Positions 12,003 through 24,617 of a DNA stretch of 64,000 nucleotides are shown here, in pieces. Below the pieces are notes generated by a model, which made no database searches, had not been told where the DNA came from, and saw nothing but the letters and a program-made list of their open reading frames with translations. Origin of the DNA: Octopus vulgaris. Lineage: Eukaryota. Numbering within the stretch: position 1 is the stretch's first letter; each line of letters starts with the position of its first letter. The translations under genes and the position numbers were made by a program. The stretch is from assembly GCA_951406725.2 (NCBI GenBank), contig OX597819.1, forward strand, positions 111,972,001 to 112,036,000, written 5' to 3'.

Positions 12003-13170
12003 CATCATCATCATCACCATTTAACGTCCTCTTTCTATACTGGCATGGGTTGGATGGTTTAACTGAGGTCTGGCAAACCAGTGGGCTGCACCAGGCTCCA
12101 ATCTGATCTGGCAAGGTTTCTACAGCAGGATGCCCTTCTTAATGCCAACCACTCCAAGAGTGTAGTGGGTGCTTTTTACCTGCCACCAGCATGGGAGCCA
12201 GTCAGGGGCACTGGCATCGACCACATTCAGATGGTGCATTTTACATGCCATCAGCATGGAAGCCAGTCAGGCGGCACTAGCCATGACTACAATTTCAATT
12301 TTACTTGATTCAACAGATCTCAAGCATATCATATCACCCACCACTTCAAGGGTACTTTTAAATGGGCCAATCATACAACACTAGCATCAGACACGGCTAT
12401 GATCTCACTTTACTTGCCACAGCATATCTCCAAAGGTTTTAGTCTTTTGTCATTGCCCCTGTGAAGCCCAACATTCAAAGGTCATCCTTCACCACCTCAT
12501 CCCAAATCTTCTTGGATCTACCTCTTCTACAGGTTCTTTCCACTGTTACGGTGTGGCTCTTTATCACACAGCTGCCCTCATCCATACATAACACATGACC
12601 ATATCAGCGCAGTCTCCCTTGTACCCCACATTTCTTCTTATGTCCAACTTTTCTCTCAGAACATTTACATTCTGTTATGTACACTGCACACTGACATTAC
12701 ACATCCAGCAGGTCATACTAGTTTCATTTCTTTCAAGCCTATGCATGTCCTCAGCAGTCCTGGCCTATGTAGCATGGCAGTTTGCACACATGCATCATAC
12801 AGTCTACTTTTCACCCTGAGCGAAAGGCCCTTAGTTGCCAGCAGAGGTAGGAGCTCTCTGAACTTTGCCCAGGCTATTCTTATTCTAGCAGCTACACTCT
12901 CAGAGCATCCACCCTCACTACAGACTTGGTCACCTAGGTAGCGGAAGCTAACAACTGCTTCTAGTTTTTTCCCCTGGCATGTTATGGAATCCCTTTCCTG
13001 TACATCTTCAGTGTTTATTGTCCCTGTGCATTTGCCACACACAAAAACAATCTTTCCAGTTAACCTTCCTTTGACATTGCTGCACCTTTTATGTTTCCAT
13101 AGCTTACACCAGGTACATCTTATGGAGTTTCTACCTACGCCTTTTTTACAGATCAAGCAGGGCCTTCCTT
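12003..13170 (-). mobile_element. 5'-truncated RTE-clade LINE (RT C-terminal part plus 3' UTR)
   Basis: ORF 12713-13189 has LEAVVSFRYLGD and ARIRIAWAKFRELLPLL..KGLSLRVKSRLYDACV, typical of RTE RT; it continues into the family C 3' end with a (GAT)n tail. Confidence 0.88.
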
Positions 13171-13544
13171 GTTTGTTTAATTTCAACATGATAGTTGATT
13201 TCTATAGCATGGGTGCCCTTTTTAACACCAACCCCTTTACAGGGTCTACTGGCTGCATTTTTCATGGCACCAGCATATGAGAGATTGTCTTATCCTTGAC
13301 TGTAGAATACTAAGGGATCCTTTCACTGTTAAACATATCACTATGAAACTCATCGTATATGGACTTTTAAAGTGCCTTGTTATGTGCCTGACATTAGATA
13401 TTTGATCTCTTCCCCTAATGATCCCTTACAGTTAGGCATCTGAATGATTTGGCACATCTAATTTTGAGTTCCAAATAACTGCTATAATGGTGAAATGTAT
13501 GTAGGAATTAATAATTTATACTTATCATCACCATCAGCATCATC

Positions 13545-13770
13545 ATCATGAAGTATCCTCTTTCCATGCTGGCATGGGTTGAACGATTTGACATGGAGCT
13601 GGCCAGCTGGGAGCTGTCCACACCTCAATTGTTTGTTGTGGTATGGTTTCTATCGCTGGATGCTCTTCCTTACACCAACCACTTAGCAGAGAGTGAAGGG
13701 TGCTTTTTATGTGCCACCAGCACAGGTACTTTACAGAGTGGCACCAGCACCTGAAGGACAAACCTGTATG
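13545..13770 (-). mobile_element. Family C LINE-tail repeat
   Basis: TTTCCATGCTGGCATGGGTTG...GCTGGATGC.CTTCCT...GGGTGCTTTTTATGTGCCACCAGCAC. Confidence 0.7.
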
Positions 13771-14224
13771 TGTGGAAGACAGCAGTTTTACTTAATAATA
13801 TAAATAATATATAAATATATACATATACGTACATACCTACATATATATGTATATATACATGCATATATGGGTACAGGACATCAAAAAAACGTTGAACACA
13901 ATGAGAAACGAAAACATAAAAACTAAGACATAGAAACGAACTTTTTTTTTAACAACGAAAAATACAAACAGAGAAACGAGACATACAACATAAAGAATAT
14001 TCCCCTTCTTCAGTTGTCCCTATTTCATCAACTCCGCATTTCAAAGGCAAGGACAAGACGCGACTTCGTTGGAACAGTCCTTCCCGCAAAACAAATTAAA
14101 TAAAATTTGGAATTTTTTGCAGAGGGTGAAAGTGGTAACAAGAACAGGACAGTGAGAACAAAACAGTAAAAACAAACGGTTAGGGCTGTTAAGCCAAGGC
14201 GATAGAAAAATTATTATGAACGCT

Positions 14225-14372
14225 AAGTACAGCAAATCCCCACATCTTCCAGTCCCTTGTCATTTCCTCAGTGAAGCCCAGCAGCTCAAGATGCTTTCTC
14301 ACCATTTTGTCCCACATCTCCCTGGATCTACCCCTTCCACAGGTACCCTCCACAATTAGAGCTCGGCACTTC
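14225..14372 (-). mobile_element. RTE LINE C-terminal fragment
   Basis: Translates CRALIVEGTCGRGRSREMWDKMVRKHLELLG, the RTE GxRxRGRPxxxW motif; similar to 12430-12560. Confidence 0.7.
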
Positions 14373-15244
14373 ATACACTTGTTCTTTATTTTAATCTTCC
14401 CCCTACAGATGCTCTGTATATCATAACTAGTAACACCACTAAGCACATTAGTAGACTAACCATTATACTGGAAGCTGACCAAATGATGTTAATCTATGTG
14501 GAGTTCTGACTCATACAACAGAAGTTGCACATCTAACTCTACACACATTAGTTGTGTGTGTGTGCAAGAGGAAAATAAGTTAAGGTGATCAGCTGAGACT
14601 TTAAATCACAGTCAAAAAGTCTGATGCTCAGAGATCTGATAAAAAATAAAGCTCATGAAAAATAACTGACTTGAAGAAAGGTCTCTGAAGTCACAAACAC
14701 ATTAAGAATTTTTTGTAAACAGATTTACAGCCCAATTGTTTTCCCCAATCTCACAACAGGTGGAAAAACACATATCACAGACAATGAAACAATGTGTGAA
14801 GGATGGACTGAACATTTTCCAAATGGTCTGTATTGACTAACTTGATGTTCTTGGAAACAGAATGAAGGTTTAAATATGACACTGAAATAAAACAATTATA
14901 TTGAATTCCTATTAATTGTGGATTTCAATTAATTTTATGATGTTAACCCCATCTACCATCCCTTCTACTCAAAGCAAAATAGGCTTGCTATATCAGGAAT
15001 CTTGCAATAAAAATTCGTATACATATCATACTTCCGCTATTTTTCTTTTTCTTTTTGTGTGTGTGCATATGTAGTCCCGACATGGACACTCTAGACACTA
15101 TCTCACTCCCTTCTATATTCTACAACCAGGACAAAAGAGTTCAACAAGCCAGGATGAAAGAGATGGAGACAAAGAAGGCTACATCAGCACCTGGCCGTTG
15201 CTCATTGCAGTTGAGTAAACTTGAGCAACATAAACAAAAATTTT

Positions 15245-16478
15245 TGATTTCGGTGGAATTTGAACTCAGAATGTAAAGACAGACGAAATACTCCTAAACA
15301 TTACGCCCGGCATACTAACGTTCCTTGTTTCTTTATTGCCCACAAGGGGATAAACATAGAGAGGACAAACAAGGACAGACAAAGGGATTAAGTTGATTAC
15401 ATCGACCCAGTGCGTAACTGGTACTTAATTTATCGACCTTGAAAGGATGAAAGGCAAAGTTGACCTCGGCGGAATTTGAACTCAGAACGTAAAGACAGAC
15501 AAAATACTCCTAAGCATTACACCCAGCGTACTAACGTTCTTGCCATCTCGCCGCCTTCCCACTCTAATAATAATAAGTGAACTATGCTAAAGGCTCTACA
15601 AACTTTATTATCAAATCTTCGACCGATGACTGGGCATCTATGATCGTTTAAGGAAAGATATAGCTCAATTGAATTTTTCCTTTTCGTTCTACAAAAGGCG
15701 CAAAGGCTTGAAATTTTGGAGTAGGGGATAAGTCAATTACATCGACCCCAGAGTTCATCGACTCTTAATGGATGAAAGACAAAATAGATCTCGGCGGAAT
15801 TTGAACTCAGAACGTGAGAGAGACGAAATGCCACAAAAGCATTTTGCCGTGCGTGCTAATGATTCAGCAAGAAAAAGTAAGCAATATACCACATATGTCA
15901 CACAATTATACTTACCAATGTTTTTAAATCTAAAAACTGCAGAATTGTTTATTTGGACAGCGGTAACGTTTACGTATAGCCTTCAAAGAGTTGTTTCCCT
16001 TAGACCAAAAAATACGTTAAAAGTTCTCTGAAGCCGTACATGTAGTTTAGGATCTATAAAGAAGGTTCTTCGCATTTATCATCATAATCATTATTCGTTT
16101 CTACTCTAGGCACAGGCCCGAAAGTTGGTGGGAGGGGACCTGTCGATTAGATCGACCCCAGTACGCAACTGGTTCTTAATTGATCGACCTCGAAAGGATG
16201 AAAGGCAAAGTCGACCTCGGCGGAATTTGAACTTAGAACGTAGCAGCGGACGAAATACCTATTTCTTTACTACCCACAAGGGACTAAACACAGAGAGGAC
16301 AAACAAACGGATTAAGCCGATTATATTGACTCCAGTGCGTAACCGGTACTTATTTAATCGACCCCGAAAGGATGAAAGGCAAAGTCGACCTCGGCGGAAT
16401 TTGAACTCAGAACGTAGCGGCAGATGAAATACCGCAAAGCATTTCGCCCGGCGTGCTAACATTTCTGCCAGCTCGCCG
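15245..16478 (-). mobile_element. Cluster of family A SINEs (15245-15557, 15690-15870, dimer 16097-16478)
   Basis: Repeated GAAAGGATGAAAGGCAAAGTCGACCTCGGCGGAATTTGAACTCAGAACGT motif. Confidence 0.85.
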
Positions 16479-16837
16479 TCGTCATCATTATCAACATCAT
16501 CATTATTATTATTATCATCATAAGACAGCTCGACCAGATGTTACTTGAGAGTGCAAATCAATCATTATCAACATTTCAAATAAGCGATGCTTCCACGTTT
16601 TCCTAAATCAGGTGTTATTAACAACTCATCACAATCTGTTAGCATCTCATTTGAAGGGGTTCAGTCTCCAGCATCTTCTGAGTGCTAACGTCACTCCTTA
16701 TACTTTCGACTGACTATACATATCTTCAGTTAACATACCTTTTTCATAACATTTGCATAGTTGTCTCCCCTATATACATTAGCCGATATCTAATGACCCT
16801 CTAGCATCAGATCATTTATACTCACACACTTCTCTCT

Positions 16838-16877
<40 letters not shown>

Positions 16878-16929
16878 TAATGTATGTATATCATTGTATC
16901 TCTGTGTGGACAAGACTGGACTATCGGAT

Positions 16930-17480
16930 GTTATATAACGCTGGTCACAATGCGCTTCCAATTCCTTCTTGATTGTGCGATTCTTTTCGATCTTGGCCAA
17001 AATTGTTGATCTAAACCGTCTTCCCATCGTTGTGGAGGCCTTCTGAGTGGCTTTTTCCGATCCCTTCGGTACCACTCGGCAACTACACGGGTGAACCTTG
17101 CAAACCCAACGGAACTTCTACTTCCGATATTTCGCTCTGTTTTTGAATTACTCCATTTCAAATATGCTTTTAGCATGGATCTATACACAGCACTTTGCAT
17201 TGCAGCCAATCGATGTTCTTCCCTCTTCGAAGAAAGCCACAATCTCATTTGTGAATGTAAGTACAAGTGGGACAGTGCTACTGTACAATCTGGTCCTTAC
17301 GGTCTTGTGCCGCTAAACTTTGAACGCATTTTTAATTGAGTCTTCTCCTCAAGATTGCAGCATCCGTGTCTCGGCGCATATTCATTGTGTGCCCTGAGTA
17401 GACGTACTCCTTTACCTCCTCAATTTCATCGCTTCGCAAATCTATTTGCCCTTATGCTACATTTTCGAACATACTGCGGA
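16930..17480 (-). mobile_element. RTE/BovB-like LINE, 3' part (pseudogenised)
   Basis: EWYRRDRKKPLRRPPQRWEDGL (RTE C-terminal WxPxxxKRxxGRPxxRW motif) and EIEEVKEYVY near 17400-17430. Confidence 0.75.
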
Positions 17481-17490
17481 GTAATGGGTG

Positions 17491-18578
17491 TGTAGCAATA
17501 TCGTCTCTCATTGCTATCTTCACTGTTTGAGAAGAGTATTAAGAATGACCTCGGTCGAGATTACAAACAGCTTTGGCTAGTTCAACATTGTTGTAAACAC
17601 TAATTCGATTGGCTGACACGTTGGTCTCTACTACGCTCGCACCGCTGGTTATAACTTGGCGCAAAATGTCTCGACTTATTTTCGCGCCATAGTTCCAAGC
17701 AGCCAATCACAGCTTTCCATTTCTGAAGTTCATTGGGAGCCATATAAAGCTTATAAAAGAAGGTTTCTCAAACAAAAATCCGTCTTAGGCTTTTAGTTCT
17801 TTTAAGAGCTAAGTCTCTGACCACACAGAGCATACTCGACCAAGTTCCAGTTCGAGGCAGGCGACCACCATTAATACAAGATGTTACAGATACCTCTCAT
17901 ACTGTTAGTGTGAAATATCACCATGAAGAAAACGGTTACAGAGAAAAATAACCAAGCAGAACATATGATGAAGAAGCAGCAAGAACCAATCGACAAACAT
18001 CGAAGATTTAATTTGTACACGAGACAACTACAGATTCAACTATAGCGGTTAGGTGAAATTCTCGCCACGGAAAAAACGGCTACAGTAACATGTCTGGAAG
18101 TATATTCATATCAAGAGAAAGGTAAACACAACGAGTGATTCAATTAATCTCAACTGCGACATGCAATATCTTGATATGGAACTCTTACAGTGTACCTCAT
18201 AAACGGTAAATCAATTATCTGTTCTTGGGTTCTAGTTTCTTCTAAGAACTACCTTAAGCCATCTGTTATTACCTGTTTCCAGGCCGATACCAACAACATG
18301 AACTGTGAATCAAATCCCATCGTCATTTCACTGGTCAGTACCTTTTTACGCCTAACGAACACACAGACACAAAAACATGCTAACGCTTACGAACTCTTAG
18401 AATCCACATGATTGTAAAGTATGTAAAATAAATAATGTATATATCTTAAAAAGAAATCTTGTTGTCATTCCAAACTTGTGTGTATTGCCGCTGCATGTAT
18501 TACTTGGTCTAAAATATATTATTAAGAATAGGATCACGTTCCTATTTTTATAGGTGTCTAGCTTTAGCTTTGTCAGCA
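17491..18578 (+). mobile_element. Probable solo LTR (~1.09 kb) inserted in the RTE element
   Basis: Non-RTE sequence that splits the RT. TG...CA candidate ends, CCAAT boxes (about 17608 and 17703), TATAAA (about 17743 and 17752), AATAAA (about 18427). No TSD identified, so the boundaries are approximate. Confidence 0.45.
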
Positions 18579-19390
18579 AATTTGCCGCGGATCTGTGGTT
18601 TCAGTGACGAGTACGATGTCACTCGCGAATTGGAGGGGTGGTAGTAACTGACGGTGGATATCCACCTGCTTGTCCATCCAACATCTCTGATGACCGTTTT
18701 CAGACATGCGCTGAAAAACTGAGAGGCGGTAACACCTTTTTGACGCCTTTCTCTTACATCTGATGACAACAGAGCTATATCAGAGGTGCATCCGGAATTC
18801 GTATCCCTGAGCAGTTTGATGTATTGTTCCTTGACACCTTGCATTTCCAGAGATTTCAGCAATGTCCTCATCTCGACGCTATTAAAATCCTTTTCGCAGT
18901 CAACAAAAGCAATGCACTGGAGCATCTTGTATTCTTTCGCTCATTCTACAAGCTGTGTTAGAGTATATATGCGATACATCATCCCGTAGTTTTTATAGAA
19001 ACCTGCTTGTTCTTTCGGCTGCTGCTCATCGAAATGTTTCGATAGCCTGGTGACCACAGTCCTTGTAATATAGGGGTGAGGCAAGAGGCATATGGGTCGG
19101 TAGTTTCTTAGATCTTTATCACCCTTACTTTGAATCGAGATGTTATTCAACTCTTTCCACAGCTATCAGATAGTAATTGAAGCGCAGAAAGTATTTCCAC
19201 CGTTTTTTGCCTCCGCTCCTTAACATCACTGTAGTTATGCCATATTTTCCTGGAGCTTTGTCTGTTTTCGTCAGTTTGAGAGCATTTTCAGATTCACTGA
19301 CCAGAATAGGAAGCACTTCTTCCGGCGTTTGTGACAGTGGAGGATCGAGCATCACTGTTGATTCAAAAAGGTTGATAGAGAAGGTTTTGC
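18579..19390 (-). mobile_element. RTE/BovB-like LINE, RT region (frameshifted)
   Basis: KAPGKYGITTVML, KGDKDLRNYRPICLL, EQQPKEQAGF, CIAFVDCEKDFNSVE, FASDIVLV (degenerate FADD) appear in successive frames. Confidence 0.88.
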
Positions 19391-20289
19391 ATGCGTCTTA
19401 CTTTTATTTAATTATTTATATCATTTACTGATCCGTTATTGGTGGGATCAACAAAAAACATATTCCGTCCAGTGAGAGATGAATATCGTTTAATGTAAGC
19501 AGTATTTAAATTCGAGCTGTTATTAGCTTCATTTTATACGAAATGAAGTGATAAGTTTGTGCAGCATGCTATTTGTTTCCAAGCAATCTTTCAGTCTCAA
19601 ATATACAACGAGAACGAACGGTGATCTTTGAGAAAAAACAAGTAAGCATGAAAAGAAGATGAAAGCAAAAGTAGAATGAGAAAACAAGAAACAGGAAAAA
19701 CGAAAATCGCAAGTTAATCCGTTTGCGCATCCGAATCAGAATTAATATGGTTGGTGTAAATTAACTCTATGGCAGGAAGGTCAAAGTCTGTAAGACTGCA
19801 TGCCTAATTTGGAGAGGTTTGTAGCCTCCAGTTCAAAAAAAATTTATTCACATATTTACATTTAATAAAAATTTCAGATCTGGAATTTAGAGGGTCCATG
19901 GAGTTCTTAGATATAAAAAGGATATAACACTATTCGGTTACACAAAGCCTGTATCTTATTGATTCATTAATGTATGACGTAGATCACTCCACGATCAATT
20001 ACTTGATGGTGTGTGGGGTACAGTTTCTCTTCAGATCCTAGATATGGTTAGTTAACTTTGTGACTTTATTCTTATCTACGTATCGAAAAGAAGACTAGTG
20101 TTTCGCGTATCTTTCTTTAAAATTACCTACTCATATACCAATGTAGATGTGAAGGTTTTAGATTCTAGTGTTTTTGTAATGTTTTCTATGAATATGCTTA
20201 GATGTGATAGTTAAGAGTTTTAAATGATGTATGTATTCTTTCTGTAACCAGATTGTATATGGGTCTTGCAGAGCCAGTAGCAGGATATC

Positions 20290-20725
20290 TAGTGCCCTAG
20301 GCCAGTCGTATAATGTACGCTCCTGTCTCTCAGTCCTACAATATGTACCCTTTTCTCTGGCTTACAATGAGAACTCCATTCTCTTAGCCCAGCAATGCGT
20401 GCTCCCTTCTTCTAGCCGGACAATCGGCACTCCCTTTCTCAGTCCTACAGTTTGCGCCCCTTTCTAGTCCAACAATAGGCGCTCCTTTTCCCTGGTTTGC
20501 AATATGTACTCCATTCTCCCACCCCTACAGTAGGTTCCTCTTTTTTCTAGGCTGGCGGCAATGTGCACCAACTTTTTCCAGCCCTACATTGTGCACCATC
20601 TTTCTCTGGCTTACAATGTGCGTTTCTTTCGCCAGCCCTAAAATGTGCACCCGTTTTCCATCACTTACCATGTACCACCTTCTCCTAGATGTACGACGTA
20701 CGTGTGCTTTTTTCCACCCGTTCTA
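20290..20725. repeat. Highly diverged ~30-bp minisatellite, about 14 units
   Basis: Recurring unit approximately C(C/T)TACAATGTGC(A/G)C(T/C)CC.TTTCTC.AGC. Confidence 0.7.
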
Positions 20726-21414
20726 TACTGTAGCACCTCCTTTAGTAAGTTTTTTTCTTCAAATACCTCCAACCACCATCCTCTTTTACACCAACTGAGG
20801 AATACAGTTAAAAATTATAGTTAACTTGCGTACAAGAAATTTACAGTATTTTTTTTATCATATAATCACCGAGTAAATATGTTATCTCGTAAAATTTTTA
20901 ATATTTCGCACCAAATCTGTTCCGGGAGGAACCTTATCTGATATTATTATTTCTGAGATTTTTTTAAGGCAACGAGCTAACAGAATCGTCTGCACACTGG
21001 ATAAAACCCTTCGCAGCATTTCGTCTGTCTTTACTATATGAGTTCAAATGCCGCCCGACTTCCACTTTGCCTTTCACCCTTCTAAAGCCCATGAAATCAG
21101 TACCAATGAAATACTGGATAGGTAATCGACTACACCACTTTCCACAAAACAGTCTCAGGCCTTGCATCTATAGTAGAAAAAATTATATCTGAGATTTTTA
21201 TTTTTAGTTGAATTACGAAACTTTAAGCTGTTCAGAAATTTCTGCTGCCTCCAAATTCTAGCTCCCTTGGTGATCGTATAATTCGTCTCATGTGTTGAGC
21301 TGGCTCTGAGTTCTTGCAGTACACCAAGTACAGGGTCTTGCAGATAAAGTGAGACCAATTTTAAGCGGTAGACTTAGTAGGTTTAGCATTTCATTCTTTG
21401 ATAAAAGCTTGTTT

Positions 21415-21580
21415 ATTATTTACATTTGACGGATATTTGTTCTCATCTTGTTTGTTGTTAACAACGTTTCGGCTGATATGCCTTCCATCCTTCATCAGGC
21501 TCATCAAACAAAACGAGGACAAATATCCGTCAAATGTAAATAATGTACGTAATTCCTCATCTTTTAAATACAGAACTGTA
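21415..21580 (-). mobile_element. Penelope-like terminal-repeat fragment: 40-bp inverted repeat around a minimal hammerhead-like core
   Basis: Arms at 21415-21454 and 21505-21544; minus strand reads CTGATGA-a-GGATG-(10 nt)-CAGCC-GAAACGTT. Confidence 0.6.
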
Positions 21581-22334
21581 AAACCTTGTTTGCTTGAAAA
21601 TCTAATCTTCCTCTTTATTATTCAGGTAAATAGCGAACTGATTCGACAACAGAAAGTCATTGAACAACAGAATCGTTCCGCCATTGTTGTTTTGGCGCAC
21701 GTCGGACACATTGCCAATAAAACTGTCAAGTTGAGGAAACTTTTAAAAGCAACAGTTTATCGTGTTTTTAAACAATTTAAAGAAGAGGAAAAGATTGATA
21801 GAAAAGAACACAAGACTTGAAGTGATTCCAAACGCAATCCATTGTTTCTCGCTGGCTTCAAACGCTCGATTGAACCCAACCCATCCACATCCATGACAAC
21901 TCTTGCAAAGAAACGCAACGTGTTCCTTTCCATGGTGTCCAGAGCTGTGAACAAGAACCTTGGCATGACTAGCTATGTTCGACGACACCTTACCTCCTAA
22001 CAGCCAAGGCCAAAGCAATCAGAGCCGTGAGATGTCCGAAGCTTCTGTCATTCATCAAACATCAAGGTGCAAGAAAAACTCTCGTGTTTGTAGACGAGAA
22101 GTTCCTGTGGACACTGAGGTGAGTCGAAGAAATTCTTGCGTGATAACATATAACCCTTATGTTTGAGACAAAAAATCCTGGCTCTGTAATGGTATTTGGT
22201 GCCGTGACGAGTGATGGAAGTGTTATGAATTCACACTTCATTGAGTCTGGCTTGAAGATCGGCACAAAGGAGTATCTAGATATCCTGAGGAACTCTCTGT
22301 TACTTTGAATGGAACAGAAATTTGTGCAGAAATA

Positions 22335-22736
22335 AGGCGGTGAGCTGGCAGAAACGTTAGCACACCGGGCGAAATGCGTAGCCGTATTTCGTCAGTCGTT
22401 ACGTTCTAAGTTCAAATTCCGCCGAGGTCGACTTTACCTTTCATCCTTTCGAGGTCGATAAAGTACCAGTCACGCACTGGGGTCGATGTAATCGACTTAA
22501 TTCCTTTGTCTGTCCTTGTTTGTCCCCTCTGTGTTTAGCCCCTTGTGGGTAGTAAAGAAATATGTATTTCGTCTGTCGTTACGTTCTAAGTTCAAATTCC
22601 GCCGAGGTCGACTTTGCCTTTCATCCTTTCGAGGTTGTTAAATTAAGTACCAGTTACGCACTGAGGTCGATGTAATCGACTTAATCCGTTTGTCTGTCCC
22701 CTCTATGTTTACCCCCTTGTGGGCAATAAAGAAATA
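22335..22736 (+). mobile_element. Family A SINE dimer inserted in the maT transposase
   Basis: Head plus two bodies; AGAAATTTG duplicated at 22316-22324 and 22737-22745; the transposase frame resumes (EQKF|GLDNVV). Confidence 0.9.
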
Positions 22737-23739
22737 AGAAATTTGGGCTAGACAATGTGGTGCTTATCCAGGATTCTGCACCATGTCATGGGCCAAAAGC
22801 ATCACAGGCTTTCCTTGGTCAGAAGGTGCCATTTTTTGTGAGGGCCAACATCTGGCTCAGTAATAGCCCAGATCTCAACCTTCTCGATTACTTTTTATGG
22901 GCGCACTTCAAGTAAGGACAAGTGTCAAAAGTTTGAAGACACATAAAATAAAAAATTGGAGGTTGCGGCAGCTGCGGAAAAAGAAAATCATTCTCGTGTT
23001 GAGGCAATAATTTCCCAAAAGGGTGATCATTTTGAGTGACAAATGATTTTGTTGTAATAAATGGTACATTAACATTATATCTGTCTGCTACCATTATTTT
23101 AGTTTTTATAACCAGTTTTACGCCTCGTAAAAATTGTCTGAATTTATCTGCAAGACACTGTATATTATATATCTTTCTTAATTTGAAACATTTTCTGGAA
23201 TACAAGTTGAAGTTTTCAGACCAAAATCTACAGCCAAAGCGGTATGTTGACTTATACACCAAGGCAACTTTAGAGGACAAAACGTCCTTGTGAAAAGATA
23301 ATGAGGTTTGAATGTTTACACTAAGTATTTACACTATATACTTGAACGACTTGTACGTCGGAAAATACAATAATATTTTTGTAGTACATTTGCCTTTGTC
23401 TACGACATGAAACACGTTCCACATATATTTTCAAATTACATTTCTCTTTATTATTGCCAGTTCATGGAGAGGTAGTTTCTGGTTTGTGTTAAATAAGGTT
23501 TTGTTTTGTTTGTATCGGTGTATTGTTGACTTTTACACTCTTAAAGTTTTGCAGTTTGACGTTAATTGTTATGACAGTTTTATCACTAAGACTCTCGAGA
23601 GACAGAGTAATTTAAGTGCGATCTTTTAATGTTACTGTAATATTTTTGATTGAGGTGAAAGTTTATGCCAAGATTCAGGAACGAAACTTTCAACAGAGCT
23701 GAGAGTGGAATGTGGAGAGCTAAGGAATTTGTCTTTTTA

Positions 23740-24100
23740 TGGTAGCGTAGTTAAGAAGCTCCCTTTGCAACCATGTAATTTCAGATCAGTTTTTACAGCG
23801 AGGCACTTTAGCAAGTCTCCATCACTCTGGCCCCAAACTGAACAATGCCTTGTGAGGGCATTTCGTAGACGGAAACGGAAGCTGTGTGGAAGGGCGCTGA
23901 TTGTGTATGTGTGCGCGTGCGTGCGCGTGTGTGTGTGCGCGCGTGTGTGTGCATGTATTTGTTTTTCTTACACTTTCTATTTGACTACCCGTTTTGTTTC
24001 CTTCATGTCCCCGTGACCTAAAGGCTCGACAAAATAGACCGATAGCATGATTACTAGATTAAAAAGATTACTAGGCTTAAAAAGGAGTGCTCCAGGCGGC
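23740..24100 (+). mobile_element. Degenerate family B SINE
   Basis: GCCTTGTGAG.GCATTT.GTAGACGGAAAC.GAAG, a (GT)n tract and GACCGATAG 3' part, as in 53545-53942. Confidence 0.6.
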
Positions 24101-24219
24101 AGTTTTAAAAGGTCTGCTGTAGACAATATGTGCTTTTTTTATGTGGGGGTGCAAACGGAAGGGCCGCCTCGAGCGACAAACACTCTAGTTAAGCTAGCAC
24201 TGTTAAGCTTCCATATATT

Positions 24220-24617
24220 CTTTTCTACCCTAGGCATATATATACATATTTGTGGGGAGAGTGCCAATCGATTAGATCGACCCAAGTGAGTAACTAGTAC
24301 TTAATTCATCGACCCTGAAAGGATGAAAGACAAAGTCGTCCGCGGCAGAATTTGAACACAAAACGTAGCAACAGACGAAATACCTATTTCTTTACTACCC
24401 ACAAGGGGCTAAACACAGAGGGGACAAACAAGGACAGACAAACGGATTAAGTCGATTATATCGAACCCAGTGCGTAACTGGTACTTATTTAATCGACCCC
24501 GAAAGGGTGAAAGGCAAAGGTGACCTCGGCGGAATTTGAACTCACAACGTAACGGCAGACGAAATACCGCTAAACATTTCGACCAGCGCGCTAACGATTC
24601 TGTCAACTCACCGCCTT
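24220..24617 (-). mobile_element. Family A SINE dimer
   Basis: Two bodies joined at GACGAAATACCTATTTCTTT. Confidence 0.85.

Larger units (their letters stand above)
21331..23160 (+). mobile_element. Tc1/mariner DNA transposon, DD37D (maT) type, decayed, with TIRs and TA TSD
   Basis: TA|CAGGGTCTTGCAGATAAAGTGAGAC ... GTCTGAATTTATCTGCAAGACACTG|TA. Transposase remnants: HTH (ATVYRVFKQF), VFVDEK, SVMVFGAVTSDG, and IQDSAPCH...WLSNSPDLNLLDYFLW with 37 residues between the second and third Asp. Stops, frameshifts and two insertions are present. Confidence 0.9.

Noticed and set aside
13990-14060. Hammerhead on the minus strand (GAAAT...CTGAAGA)
   Set aside because: I could not build stems I and III; probably a decayed repeat end.
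20290-20725. CRISPR-like array (also considered for 32515-32712 and 41815-42135)
   Set aside because: Units are contiguous, degenerate tandem repeats with no unique spacers, there are no cas genes, and the context is eukaryotic.
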